Part shown: piece after piece, positions 19,810-32,703 of the stretch
How the letters are laid out: each line of letters begins with the position of its first letter
Numbering within the stretch: position 1 is the first letter of the stretch
NCBI GenBank assembly: GCA_964019425.1
Contig: OZ025799.1
Location: 372,001 to 436,000 of the forward strand
Reading direction: 5' to 3'
Length of the DNA: 64,000 bases
Origin: Flectonema sp. DT1601
Lineage: Eukaryota
Notes under the pieces: generated by a model
What the model was told of the DNA's origin: nothing
The model's input: the letters and a program-made list of their open reading frames with translations, nothing else
Database searches by the model: none
Program-made: the position numbers and the translations under genes

Positions 19810-21386
19810 TTACTTCTTCTTGGTGGCGGCAACCTTCTCGGTGGTCTTGGTAACCTTTCCAAGCATGACAACACCGTTACCTTCCATGATAGCGACACGG
19901 GAAAGACCCTCGCAGTTCTTGAAGGAGTCCACAACAAGTGGCTGTTGTGGGGTGAAGACGACCTCAGCCATCTCGTTAGCCTTCAGGCAGTGGGGTTCCT
20001 CGGCCTTCTTTCCTCCGGTTTCTTTACCCATCTTCCACACCAACTGAGTCATTCTCACGGCGGATCTTCCGGTACGCACGAAGCATACTGGAGTGTATCC
20101 AACCTTCAACTCACCAGGGTGGTCAAGGATCTGAACCTGAGCAGTGAAGGTTCCGGCCTCCTTCAAGGATCCGTCCTTCTTGTACACCATCACGTCTCCG
20201 GTACGAGGCATGTTGTCCTTGTTAAGTCCCTTGACGTTAAGACCAACGTTGTCTCCGGCCTTGGCCTCGTCAGTTCTCTTGTGGTGCATTTCACAGGTGA
20301 AAACCTTTCCAGTGCACGCGTTGGCGGCAGTGTGGGTTGGAAGGAAGAGAACTTCCTCACCAGGCTTGACAATTCCCTGCTCAACACGTCCAGTGATGAC
20401 ATCACCAACTCCCTTAATCTGTTTTTGGTGTTTGTTTGTTTGAATGAGCAGCAGCAGCAGCAGCAGAGCTCACAGAAAACGTGACACAAAAGATAACCAA
20501 AGAAAAGATTCCCACGGATCGATGCTGTGTAAAAAAAGGGACAGCTGACCCTGTTAAACAATTTAAAAGATTACCATACCTTGTAGACTCCTGAGACAGG
20601 CATTCTCATTGGGGCGTCGTTCTTACGCTCAGGCATACGAACCATGTCGTTCAAGGCATCTCTGAGGGTGTTGATGTGAAGCTTCTCATCAGCTCCGATG
20701 AGGACTTCCTGTCCCTTCCACCAGTCCATCTTCACAGACTTCTTCAACAAGTTGTCTCCGATCCATCCTGAGATTGGGATGACTGGAACAGACTTCTCAA
20801 CGAAGTCCTTCTTCCATCCAGTCTTGATAAGCATACTCTTCATCTCTTCCTTGATCTCAGTGAATCTCTCCTCCTTGTACTTGGCGACATCACAGTCCAT
20901 CTTGTTGATTCCGACGATCAACTGCTTTACTCCCAACAAGTTGATAAGACGAGCGTGCTGACGGGTCTGTCCCTGGATCTCTCCGGCCTTGTGGTTTCCA
21001 CGGGCGATGGCACTGACGAAGTTACCGTCAGCTGGAACCATCAGAAGAGCAACATCGGCCTGGGAGGCTCCAGTGATCATGTTCTTGATGAAATCTCTGT
21101 GTCCTGGGGCGTCGATGACGGTGTAGTGCCACTTGTCTGTGAAGAACTCCTTGGTGGTACAGGCGATGGTCACACCTCTCTCACGCTCTTCCTTCTGACG
21201 GTCCATGTAGAACGCGAAGGCGAACGACTGCTTTCCAAGACGCTCAGCCTCGGCCTTCAACTTCTCCATCTCACGCTCTGGGATTCCACCCAACTCGAAG
21301 AGAAGACGTCCGGTGGTGGTCGACTTTCCACTGTCAACGTGACCGCAGATCACGATGGACAAATGGTCCTTTCCGTCAGTTGCCAT
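19810..21386 (-). CDS. EFL: Elongation factor-like GTPase EFL, copy A, 2 exons (21386-20580, 20418-19810), 471 aa
   Basis: GHVDSGKSTTTGRLLFELGGIPERE, DAPGH and NKMD motifs plus the EFL-type segment ARGNHKAGEIQGQTRQHARL. Phase-0 GTATGG...AAAACAG intron of 161 nt. GC-biased codon usage. Confidence 0.93.
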
Positions 21387-21838
21387 TTTGATAAGAGTTT
21401 GAAAGCTTAGCTGTTGGGGTAGAGAACCAATTTACAAAGATACTTCTTACCAAATACCTTACAATGGTATCGACGACGCAAAGACTCTTCCAAGTGAAGA
21501 GGGGTTAGAATAAGCAAACCGCGACGAATACCTCAGAAATAATAGAAAATAAGACACAGATTAAGACTACCTAAACACATCTATAGTTGTGTAATTTATC
21601 AATTATACAACTACCTACAATAAGATAATGTTTTGTTTTGGTTTTGATTTGTTATTTATCAGAAGAAGGTTTCTAGTTAGTAAGAGAGACCCACCACGAT
21701 CGAAATTAGAAAATATAAAAACCCCCATTTATCATATTGACGGATGGTTAGTTGCAAAGATACCGATACCAATGCCAGTTTATATTAAAGTGAAACGGTT
21801 ACTTAACAAGACAGGTAAATGGTATATCAGTTAGATAG

Positions 21839-22483
21839 TTAAGTCCGTGGTAAGTTCTGTGGATCTTGTTCTCCCTCAGTGGTAGCTTCGGCAGCAGTTC
21901 TCTCCGCTTGGGTTTGTTCCGCCCAAGACACAACAGATATCCACACTTGCCTCACTGATACTAAAAGGAATGTCATCGGATCAGCAAACAATGATGCAAT
22001 CACCAAAATAACAATCTCAGCCAACACAGAACGACAATTCAAAGTGGGAGGAGTATTCGCTGATATAAATAAAGCACACCTGGATACACAATAAATAGCG
22101 AATATCCTCAACACCAACGACACCACTACGTAAGGTAAAGTGTTTACAATCATCCAAAGTATTGAAAAGAAACTGAAACCACTGAATACAAGATTAGTAA
22201 ACTCAAGTAGCATATTACTACTATTAGACGCGTTTAATAAAATCTGTTCCTCAGCAGCAGAAATACTAAAAGGACTCCATTCCAATCTCTCTGGTGTTAC
22301 TGAGGGAGGACGTCCATGGGATCTAACCACCCGATGTATACGTTCAGGAGATTGACTTCGTACTATTTCACTTCTTCTCCAATCAGTAATTTCTTCATCA
22401 TTATTATCATCTTCCAGATTACATATCACCTGTTCTGTTCCGATATTAAATGGAGGCCGAAAACGTACAACTGAAAAGTTCAT
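21839..22483 (-). CDS. Hypothetical membrane protein (3-4 hydrophobic segments)
   Basis: 214-aa ORF on the gene-bearing strand with hydrophobic helices. The true start is uncertain. Confidence 0.55.
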   Translation of the reverse strand: MNFSVVRFRPPFNIGTEQVICNLEDDNNDEEITDWRRSEIVRSQSPERIHRVVRSHGRPPSVTPERLEWSPFSISAAEEQILLNASNSSNMLLEFTNLVFSGFSFFSILWMIVNTLPYVVVSLVLRIFAIYCVSRCALFISANTPPTLNCRSVLAEIVILVIASLFADPMTFLLVSVRQVWISVVSWAEQTQAERTAAEATTEGEQDPQNLPRT

Positions 22484-23043
22484 TTCCTCTTGATCCTATA
22501 AAAAGAATTGGTTGCTTGATTTTCCACGTAATGAGTACATTAAAACCGTAAAGCCTGTCTGAACCTAACTGAAAAGCTAAATTATGGTTTGCGTGCTGCC
22601 CAACATTCCATTTTTGCTTTCTGAAACCATCCCTTTAGACTAAAAAATGAAATATCAGATCATTTAGTTACGTTATCTTTTAACAAGCAGTACCCGTTTC
22701 TTCTTCTTTTTTTTTTTTTTTTTTTTTCTCTTTGTTTTCTCAAATGCCGTTCTCTCTCCGTACGCACTGAGAGCACATGCTCTGCAGCAACTGATGACTC
22801 GAGCCATAGATCATAAAGTTAAAAAGGGACGAAAAGAAGGGAAGCAAAATAAAAGGTAAAGCGGGGGTAGAAAAGGAGAAGGGGGAAAATGAGTAAAATG
22901 AAGGAAAAAAAAGGAGAGACCAACGAAGCCAAATCGGATGTTTGTTACTATGATCTGCAGCTAATAAGGGAGTACTGCAGTGGCATTATTTGGTTCGTTG
23001 ATCCCCCAAACGAAATAAAATTGTTAAAAAGCTGTTGTGCTAC

Positions 23044-24634
23044 CTACTTCTTCTTGGTGGCGGCAACCTTCTCGGTGGTCTTGGTAACCTTTCCAAGCAT
23101 GACAACACCGTTACCTTCCATGATAGCGACACGGGAAAGACCCTCGCAGTTCTTGAAGGAGTCCACAACAAGTGGCTGTTGTGGGGTGAACACGACCTCA
23201 GCCATCTCGTTAGCCTTCAGGCAGTGGGGTTCCTCGGCCTTCTTTCCTCCGGTTTCTTTACCCATCTTCCACACCAACTGAGTCATTCTCACGGCGGATC
23301 TTCCGGTACGCACGAAGCATACTGGAGTGTATCCAACCTTCAACTCACCAGGGTGGTCAAGGATCTGAACCTGGGCAGTGAAGGTTCCGGCCTCCTTCAA
23401 GGATCCGTCCTTCTTGTACACCATCACGTCTCCGGTACGAGGCATGTTGTCCTTGTTAAGTCCCTTGACGTTAAGACCAACGTTGTCTCCGGCCTTGGCC
23501 TCGTCAGTTCTCTTGTGGTGCATTTCACAGGTGAAAACCTTTCCAGTGCACGCGTTGGCGGCAGTGTGGGTTGGAAGGAAGAGAACTTCCTCACCAGGCT
23601 TGACAATTCCCTGCTCAACACGTCCAGTGATGACATCACCAACTCCCTTAATCTGTTTTCGGTGTTTGTTTGTTTGTTTGAATGAGCAGCAGCAGCAGCA
23701 GCAGCAGCAGCAGAGTTCACAGAAAACGTGACACAAAAGATAACCAAAGAAAAGATTCCCACGGATCGATGCTGTTTAAAAAAAAGGGACAGCTAACCCT
23801 GTTAAACAATTCAAAAGATTACCATACCTTGTAGACTCCTGAGACAGGCATTCTCATTGGGGCGTCGTTCTTACGCTCAGGCATACGAACCATGTCGTTC
23901 AAGGCATCTCTGAGGGTGTTGATGTGAAGCTTCTCATCAGCTCCGATGAGGACTTCCTGTCCCTTCCACCAGTCCATCTTCACAGACTTCTTCAACAAGT
24001 TGTCTCCGATCCATCCTGAGATTGGGATGACTGGAACAGACTTCTCAACGAAGTCCTTCTTCCATCCAGTCTTGATAAGCATACTCTTCATCTCTTCCTT
24101 GATCTCAGTGAATCTCTCCTCCTTGTACTTGGCGACATCACAGTCCATCTTGTTGATTCCGACGATCAACTGCTTTACTCCCAACAAGTTGATAAGACGA
24201 GCGTGCTGACGGGTCTGTCCCTGGATCTCTCCGGCCTTGTGGTTTCCACGGGCGATGGCACTGACGAAGTTACCGTCAGCTGGAACCATCAGAAGAGCAA
24301 CATCGGCCTGGGAGGCTCCAGTGATCATGTTCTTGATGAAATCTCTGTGTCCTGGGGCGTCGATGACGGTGTAGTGCCACTTGTCTGTGAAGAACTCCTT
24401 GGTGGTACAGGCGATGGTCACACCTCTCTCACGCTCTTCCTTCTGACGGTCCATGTAGAACGCGAAGGCGAACGACTGCTTTCCGAGACGCTCAGCCTCG
24501 GCCTTCAACTTCTCCATCTCACGCTCTGGGATTCCACCCAACTCGAAGAGAAGACGTCCGGTGGTGGTCGACTTTCCACTGTCAACGTGACCGCAGATCA
24601 CGATGGACAAATGGTCCTTTCCGTCAGTTGCCAT
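23044..24634 (-). CDS. EFL: Elongation factor-like GTPase EFL, copy B, 2 exons (24634-23828, 23652-23044), 471 aa
   Basis: Protein matches copy A in the translated ORFs. Same intron position, 175 nt long. Confidence 0.93.
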
Positions 24635-24829
24635 TTTGATAAGAGTTTGAAAGTTATTCTGTCAGAGGAAAAGACTAAATATAAACTTGAAAAGAAAAAG
24701 AAAAAGAAACAAACAACCACAAGGTGTAAATGGTATCAACAAGAACAAAACAGCAGACTAAATACGTCAGTCGATCATAGATTGAAAAATCAAGACAACC
24801 GTCATCTAATATAATCAGAGGTTGATAAA

Positions 24830-25801
24830 TTAATATTCACAACTATCAACAACAGTAAGTGATATCATTGGATAAACAGCACTTACCGTTGCAGCTAAAT
24901 CAACACCTTCTGAGATGAGCCCCACGCTGTAGGTCGCAGCTTCTCGATATTTCAGCAAAGCATCAGAAGCGGAGCACTCTGGAAGTCGATAAGCAGCTAA
25001 AACCGTATTCACAAATGATATGAAGCCTCCATAACGAATCCTACAGATGGATTGCTTATCCCAAAGTGAAACAATTAAATTAATAATTGATTCATTTAAT
25101 TCTATTTCTGGGTTTGTAAAAGCAACTGACACCTTTGGCCAAGTCATCTCATCAAATTTCAAGAGGGATAAGATTATTGATTTTATGACACCATTCGGCA
25201 TCAGGTATCCCACGCCTTGAAGTTCTTTTATAAATGTATTTTTTACTGCTGCAGGGATTGTTCCTCCGTCTTCGTGTTTTTGAAATATCGTTTTTGCTTG
25301 ATCTAATAATTGTCCTTTTGCGGCTTTTCTTTTTAATAGTTTTTCCTTTCTCAACGGAGATAATCTACCAGATGTTAAAACTTTATTTGGTAATTTATTT
25401 AGAGAGAGGCAAAAGGCATCTTCACGTTTTGACATCCAATCTTGTAAGTGACGATGATGATACCTAAGTTTGTTTAAAGAGGTTACAGGAGTAGTGTAGG
25501 GAAGATGGTGAGGAGTAGACTGACGAGGATGTTTTATTTTTTTTGATGATCTACGTTCTTTTGATGTATTCACTTGGTTGTGTTCAATAAAAAGTAGTTC
25601 TGATTTCTCAAGAATCGATTCGATCCGTAGCTCACTATCACTAAGTGGTCGTCTTACTTTCCGTCCTTTCGGAGGTGGAGATCCCACACGAGGCCATCTT
25701 GGCCACTGCACTGTCTCCGCTACAGATCGCAATGACCTCACATCAGTCATACTATCCTCACTAGATAAACACACCAACGCTGTCTCGCTTTTCAGTTTCA
25801 T
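24830..25801 (-). CDS. Hypothetical basic protein
   Basis: 323-aa ORF on the gene-bearing strand with no motif I recognise. Confidence 0.55.
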   Translation of the reverse strand: MKLKSETALVCLSSEDSMTDVRSLRSVAETVQWPRWPRVGSPPPKGRKVRRPLSDSELRIESILEKSELLFIEHNQVNTSKERRSSKKIKHPRQSTPHHLPYTTPVTSLNKLRYHHRHLQDWMSKREDAFCLSLNKLPNKVLTSGRLSPLRKEKLLKRKAAKGQLLDQAKTIFQKHEDGGTIPAAVKNTFIKELQGVGYLMPNGVIKSIILSLLKFDEMTWPKVSVAFTNPEIELNESIINLIVSLWDKQSICRIRYGGFISFVNTVLAAYRLPECSASDALLKYREAATYSVGLISEGVDLAATVSAVYPMISLTVVDSCEY

Positions 25802-26093
25802 TTTTTTTTTTTTTGATTATATCGAATCAGACATGGTTTCTTATATCTCACTGAATTAAGAAAATAACTTTTTGTAGCCTACTACTACGTTGATTACAGT
25901 GTTTTTTCCTAATACCTTTTTAAGTAACTGTAATAATCTATTTCCAGAACAAAAAATAAATAATAATTTTTTATATAAAATCTAAAATGTGATTTGTGAA
26001 AGAAGTTATTACGAAATGTAAAAACAACAACAACGAGTTAGAAAACAGAGATTGTGAATGCTAGTCGTATTTAACGATTATGTGTACAGGACC

Positions 26094-29000
26094 TTAGTCG
26101 TCGTCAGAGTCGTCGAAAGTGTGAACAGCAGTTTTTAATTTTGGTTTACGAAGTGAACTTTCAGAGGAGTCATCGTCAGATGACGGGGGCGACAATTTTG
26201 CTTTCGCTGGTTTTTTTGCAACAGCAGTTGTTGGTACAGAAGGTTTGCTCACAGGCTGTTCCTCATCGTCTGAATCATCAAAAGCGTGTCGGTGAGCATG
26301 TTCAGCTGACGGTGGCAGAGGTTCACTTTTACGATTCTTTTTCTCATCAACCTGCTTGCCTTTCTTCTTCCTTGGAGGAGGTGATTCAGTAGTGGAAGAG
26401 CACGTAGAAGTCGATTCTTGTTCTTCATCAGATTCCTCATAGCTGCTTTCCTTTTCTTCATTTTCATCCTTTTGCTGTTCTTGAACCTCAGCAATCCCAT
26501 CGCGCTCCCTTATAAGAGAAGTTGGTGTCTTGAAGTTATCCTTTCCTATAGCAGCTCTCTTTCTAGCTATTGTTATAATTACTCTGCCTTCAGTTGGGAG
26601 GGACTCAACGAATGATGAATGGCTTTTTACTAACACTCCGTCAACGGCACAGATTATCATACCGGGTGATATTCCAAGATAGTCTTTCTCTAAGGAACCA
26701 GACACTCGATCGATGACGTTCCAAATGTCAGCACCGTATTGCTGTTTTGGTTTTTTGTTTTGATCTCTTAAGTTATTCCTACTAGGGATGTGAAATTTGT
26801 TACAAAAGAAACAGCAGACTTGCTCCATAATCTGATTTATCACTAATTCTGAATAAAGGACATACCATTTTGAGGTTTTTCAGTTTCTGTATTTCGATAT
26901 TTATGTCGCGGAGGTCGTTCATCCATTCAGTCACGCTAGTAGCTCTGCTTTCAACAGGGAGGTCAACCTGTTCTCGAATTTGTAATTTTGGTGGGAAAAT
27001 AACCCTGGCCATGCTACAAGCAGCACCACCAAATGATAAAATAATATTCTGACGCTGTACAGAGTCTAACTGTTTTGTTATCTGAGGTGTTGGTGTTTCA
27101 CTGACTAGCACACTTAGAGATTCCTCCTCAACAGTAGCAGGTTGTACAGGCTGCATAGGCTGCACAGGTTGCATTGGTTCCATCGGTTCCATTGCCTTAG
27201 CTGGAGGCTTCTTTCCGTAGTCACAATTACCTTTTGGGGCAGCTGTCTTTGGAGGTGAGCTGCCAGTAGGTGATTTTGCGGGTACCACTTGTGGTCGTGC
27301 GGCCATCTCTTTTTTCGCCACTACAACATCCGGTTTCTTTGCCGTTTCCGAAGACGACGTTGCCAGTGCGGATGCTGGTGCTGGCGCTGATGCCTTTGCC
27401 GGTGCAGGTGCTGGTGCTGGTGCCGACACTGGTACTGCTGGTGGAGGTGGCAGTGGTGGTACTGTTTGTAGAGGTGGCAGTGGTGTCGCTGCTACTGGTA
27501 CTATCTTTTCTACTATCTTAACCTCAGGTACAGACGGCATGAAGAACACCTCAGTAGTTTGTCGAAGTGCAATCTTCGGTTGTTCATCAGTCTGAGACGC
27601 ACCCTCTTGAGAATAAAACAATCTCCAATCCCCGCAGTCAGTACTGGTTGAAGACATGAGAGGCTTTTTGTGTGCCTGATCAAGAGCATCTTGAAGTTGT
27701 AGAAGTTCCTTACGAAGCTCTGCAGTGTTACCATCTTCGTAGCTGTCATGAATGGCTGTTTTTCGTGCCGATGCCCATTCGGCTTTCGCCTGGGCTCGTG
27801 CGACTTTATGAATCATCATACCCTTCTCTTCTCTGAGATGACTGTTTTGATCTGATAAAACGTCTCTCTCATCTTCTAAGTACTGAACCTTTCCTCTTAA
27901 TGATTCCTCGGCTTCAGATAAGCGTTTTTTGAGGGCCGTGTTCATGCGATCGCGAGACTCCGAATGCTTTGCCATAATTTGAAGATCGACATCTGATTTT
28001 ACTAATCTCTCTTCGAGAGCATCTCTCTCTGAAAGGATGGATGTAACTCGAAGTTCAGCAGTATAGCGAGATCGGAATTGTTTTTCTTGCGTCAAGATGA
28101 CATCACGTTGACAACATTCCATCTCACGAACCCACTCAGAACTCTGCAACGAACCTACTCGCAGACTGACCAATTCATTTTGTTGATCAGAGAGACGGTT
28201 AGAATAAGTAGACTGCGTTGAGGCTATTTCTGCCTTCAACATTTTAGTCTCAGTTTGGCAAGATTGTAATTCCGTGAGTAGCTCATCATTTTTATGTTGC
28301 AAATCTGATGTAGCTCGTTGTATGGATAAGTCGATGTTGGATTGTAGTAACCCCGCTTCTGCTTTATTCTGACTCGCCTGAACTGAAATATCAGCGACTT
28401 TACTACGCAGTTCAGCAGTTGATAATGAAAGAAAGGCTTTCTGATACAAAACGTTTATACTGTATCGTGATAAGGTTTCTGTGGCTAAAATTCCATTTCG
28501 GATACTAAGAGATTCGCTGGTCAGACCTCTCGCCTGTTCAAGGTAGAGCTTTCCTATTATTGTTTTTGTGATACCATTTTCGACAGATAAGCGGACTTGC
28601 TGTTCTCTGGTTTTGAAGTTAGCTCTTAATTCCAACAACTCACCTTCGTGAGATACTTGTAGAGATTGAAACTGTCCCTGCAATACTTGAAGTTGACTTT
28701 TAAGAAGCTCACCTTCCTTGGCAGCTTCATACTTTGCCACTCCTATTTCATAATTAGTTACCAATTCCTGAGCCTGGTCGTGTAGATCCCTTTCATACTG
28801 CAGGTCTTGTAGAGATGTTTCTTTTATTGCTGCGGGACTCCTTGCTGGGGTCTCAAGTAGACTGAAGCTGACATGTTTTGAAGGCTTGGCATCTGAACGG
28901 TGTTGTGACATGACATTAAGTTGTAATTGTGATGTCAGTAAATATCTCATCTGTCTCTCAGACTCACAAACAGTTTGTCTTTCATACTGTTGTTGTTGTT

Positions 29001-29568
29001 GGACAAACATAAAGGCGAGAAGGTCTTCTCTGTGTCTGGTGTCCAGGTATAATTTTTTATATTTCGCTGACTCGTCTTCCCTTTTCATTAACAGACCACG
29101 AAGTTCTTGAACAAATGTTAAGGAGCTTTCTTTTGTCTGTTTTCGATTTTGTTTTGTTTGTAAATGTAAGTGAGAGAGAGCATCATTTCTATGAGCCGTA
29201 GTCACAGCTAAAAGCATAAGTTGGAACTCGCTGGACCGTTCATGCTCAAGAGAGTGTCTGCTGAGGACTTCCTGAGATTCCAATAACTGAACTTGTATTG
29301 ATAACTTCGGCAAACCCGCCAACGACGCAACGCTTCCATTATTATAAGGTGTTCCCGTATTAGTATTTCGCAGCGTTTCTTCAAAAGATAATTCCCTCTT
29401 AGTTATTGTCCCAGGAGGAGATGAAGCAAAACGTATTCTCTTTCCAGTAGATGATAACACACGGCTAAGCCTTTTTACAATTGCGACATCACCTGTTGGA
29501 TCGTAATGGATGCTTCCATTATTATTATTATTATTATCATTAAAGGGTTCATTATATCGGGTAGTCAT
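26094..29568 (-). CDS. Large coiled-coil protein with Pro/Ala linker and C-terminal PDZ-like domain (intron 26865-26742)
   Basis: Long heptad-rich region and PAPA/MQPV repeats. A phase-0 GTATGT...AAAACAG intron joins it to GSL..YLGISPGMIICAVDGVLV (PDZ-like). The start codon and any further introns are uncertain. Confidence 0.65.
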
Positions 29569-29889
29569 TGAGACGTATTCATCGATTGGGAAATGGACTG
29601 ATGTGATAATTAGGTTTATCAAAAAAAAAACGGGGGAAAAAAAACATCCCAAAAGCAACAACTTAGCCCAACTCCTTAACAAAACTGAATCGTGTATTCT
29701 GTGAAGGGTGAAATAATGTTTTTTATAAACGTATCTACATTTACTTACCAAAAGGTTTACACCTGTCGATCGCAACCTGTCGGTGTTAGTCGGCATGTAG
29801 CCAGACCGGTGGCATGAAGCCCAGAAGGCGGAAAATGAGAGGGAATAAAGGATAAATAAAAACGCATAGTGTAGAAGACCTCATCATGT

Positions 29890-32411
29890 TCACAAGTCTT
29901 GTAATAACTTTTGATACTTTCCCAAAGCCCACACAGGTAGAATCACCTGGTAGTAAGGATAATGAATACCGCAGGTTCCATTGAAGATACCTGCCACTGT
30001 TTTTTGACTCCAAGTGCCTCCAATCTGAGACGAAATGAGAAACTCTGCTGCCCTACGTATGGCGCTTAAATGAGTATTATTTGTTTGCTTGCGAGGGTAG
30101 GAAACTACAAGCGCCATTAGCGACAAAGCTGTTTGAACCGGTTGAGAACCCTCAGGTGCTTCAGTATATTGTCGAGAAGCACACGACTGAACGTGTTCTG
30201 ACCAACCGCCATCAGGTCTCTGTTTTGAGAGTAGAAATTGAACTCCTCTAACCACTCGATTGTCATTAACTGAAACACCAGCTGCTATCAACCCTTCAAT
30301 TCCGAATAGAGTTCCGTATGTGAAGCAAACACCCCACGATCCGTACCAGCTGCCATCAGTGTTTTGTAATTTAGTTATAACAGATAAACCACACTTGATA
30401 GCATCACTAATTTCACTGTGTCGATACCCCTGATAATAACTACTGTCTCTAAACGTACATAACGTCTGAATACAAGCACTAGTACACTCTGTGTATGTAT
30501 ACTCTACCATTATTCTACTGAAGACATCTGCTGGGTTGAGTAGTTCCATGTAAGAAGGTGAACGGCGAGATTCGTATGAACACCACGCTCCGTCATCAGA
30601 ATTTCTCAGAAGAAGAATTTGATCGACTCCAAGTAAGATACGATCTCTGTTAAGACTTTTATATAAAATAGCACATCGTAATCCTTCAGATGTGCAGTCA
30701 GAAACTGACCAATTTTGTTCAGCAGTTGAGAAGTTCCACGCTCCCAAAGGAGAGTCACGACAGTATTTCGATACATTTGGTGGGCATGTTAATACCTGAG
30801 CTGTGTCAATGTACTGTAATCCCAATTCAATACATTGTTGTTGTTGTTTTGAGGATTCTTCGTCAACAACACGGACTCCTTTTAAAGCCTGAAGGGTGAA
30901 TGAAGTATCCCAAAGCTGTGATCCATTGTAGCCGTTCATTTTCAAACCATCCTCACCAAGCCAAATATAATCAAACAGTCTCTTCTCTGATAGCTTTAGA
31001 TGATCACTTCTTCCTTCCGCACAGTAAATCGCAAGTAAGTTAAAAACTTTATTGACAGGACCGAGACAAATGAAATTTGTCGTAACGTCGTCATATTTCA
31101 CGTGGTTGATACAAACCTCTAATGATTTATTACGTAGGTATTTAATAGGATTCTTTTCATACAGGCTGAGGAAGAAGAATGCTACCTTCGCAATCAAATG
31201 AGTAGGATAATGAACATCTATTGGTGAGACTAAGTTCATAGTCGTTTTCCAATTCCTAACTTTTCGAGGGAAGAGTTCAGAACGAATTTCTTTAATAAGA
31301 TCTGTTTCCGGTGCGCAAAATCGTTTTCCGTACAAATATCCTAACGGTATATATACCATTCTGGTGTGACACCACATGCGACCTGTTTTTTTTTTTTTTT
31401 TTTAGTTTTATGCAGTCAATAAGTTTGCTAAGTATTTTATCATACCCGGATGAAATGGAAGCCACTTCGGCAACAGCCAAAGCTCTGGTGTCACTGGACG
31501 AATTCCATCCCAACTAAACAAGTTTAATATCGCCAGCCATGCTTTCCCCCAAGTTGGAATCATTTCTGTTGCATTGTGAAGAGGAGTATCACACTTTCTT
31601 AAGAATTGCAGCGCTGAGTCAGTGTAGCTATTTGAGTTATTTAACAGCAGTCTCATCGTTACATAAATCAAAGCAGTTCCAAATACTGTTGAGGGTCCTC
31701 GATCATGTAACCCAAACCCACCATCAGAATTCTGAACGTTATAAAGATACCTGAGAAACTCTAATCTGTTTTGGTTACTTGTTTTGGGATCGGTTGCAGA
31801 GGGGGGGTAGTCTGTTTTTTGAAAAAAAGTACATACCTGTGGGCTGCTGTAAAAATCTTATTCGGATCACAATCATTTATAATATAAACTGTTATTACTA
31901 AACCAGGAAGAAGAAATAACGGACCTCCATAATCGTTTGACCAGTGACCGTCGTCAGATTGTAATTTACTAATATGTTTGATAGCATGCTGTAGAGCTTC
32001 TTCAACATTAGTAGCGCGTGTAGTACAGTTGTTACTTCCGTGCGTGTGAACTCTTTCGATATAAGTTTGAGTTTGTTTGTTGGGATCATGTGTCCAGACT
32101 TGTCTTCCATTATGACAGTGAAGCGTCCACTTTTTAATTGAGTCATCATGTTGGTGTCTGATGATATCATTTCTAATTGGAGTGTATACTTCTTTATCAG
32201 ATTCTCTACTCCATGCTGCTACTTCTCTTCTCTTAGCAATTGAAATCAATAAGTACTTCAGAGGATACAACATGACTCCCATCATATATAATATTATTTG
32301 TGTGATAACAGATGGATTCAAGTCATTAGGTTGTTGTTGTTCCTCATGAAGTAATTTTTTTATATATTCCGCCTCTTCCGGGGTTTGAACTGCCGGAGAT
32401 TGAATTGCCAT
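29890..32411 (-). CDS. LSS: Oxidosqualene cyclase, lanosterol-synthase-type residues, 3 exons (32411-31837, 31765-31446, 31382-29890)
   Basis: GRQVW, LQSDDGHW..DYGGPLFLLPG, QNSDGGFGLH, HPGRMWCH, GYNGSQLWD, DCTSE and QW repeats (QNTDGSWYGSWG, QRPDGGW). Both introns restore the frame. Confidence 0.92.
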
Positions 32412-32703
32412 ATTGACTTAACTGTGAGAGGGTAAATAAACTCTGAAAATAGTTGATAAGCAGGAATGAAGCAAAGGTGGAAATTAGACAGTCAAGATGC
32501 TAGAAGTGAACCGTCATAACTGTAATGGATTACTCCAAAGAAAAGGGTGTTTTTTGTTTCTAATTACACCCCTTGGTGTAACCGTGTTCTTTATTTTGTT
32601 TTTTTGTTTTATTTCCATACTTTTTTTTTTATTTTTCGTTAAACGACTCATTCTGAATATTACTTTTATCATCTGGAGCGTACCTTGTTGTTCGGTAAAT
32701 TTA

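Noticed and set aside
19810..24634. Canonical EF-1alpha
   Set aside because: The sequence has EFL-type signatures (GRLLFELGGIPERE; GNHKAGEIQGQTRQHARL).
19945..24814. Long plus-strand ORFs overlapping EFL
   Set aside because: They are antisense shadows of strongly codon-biased genes.
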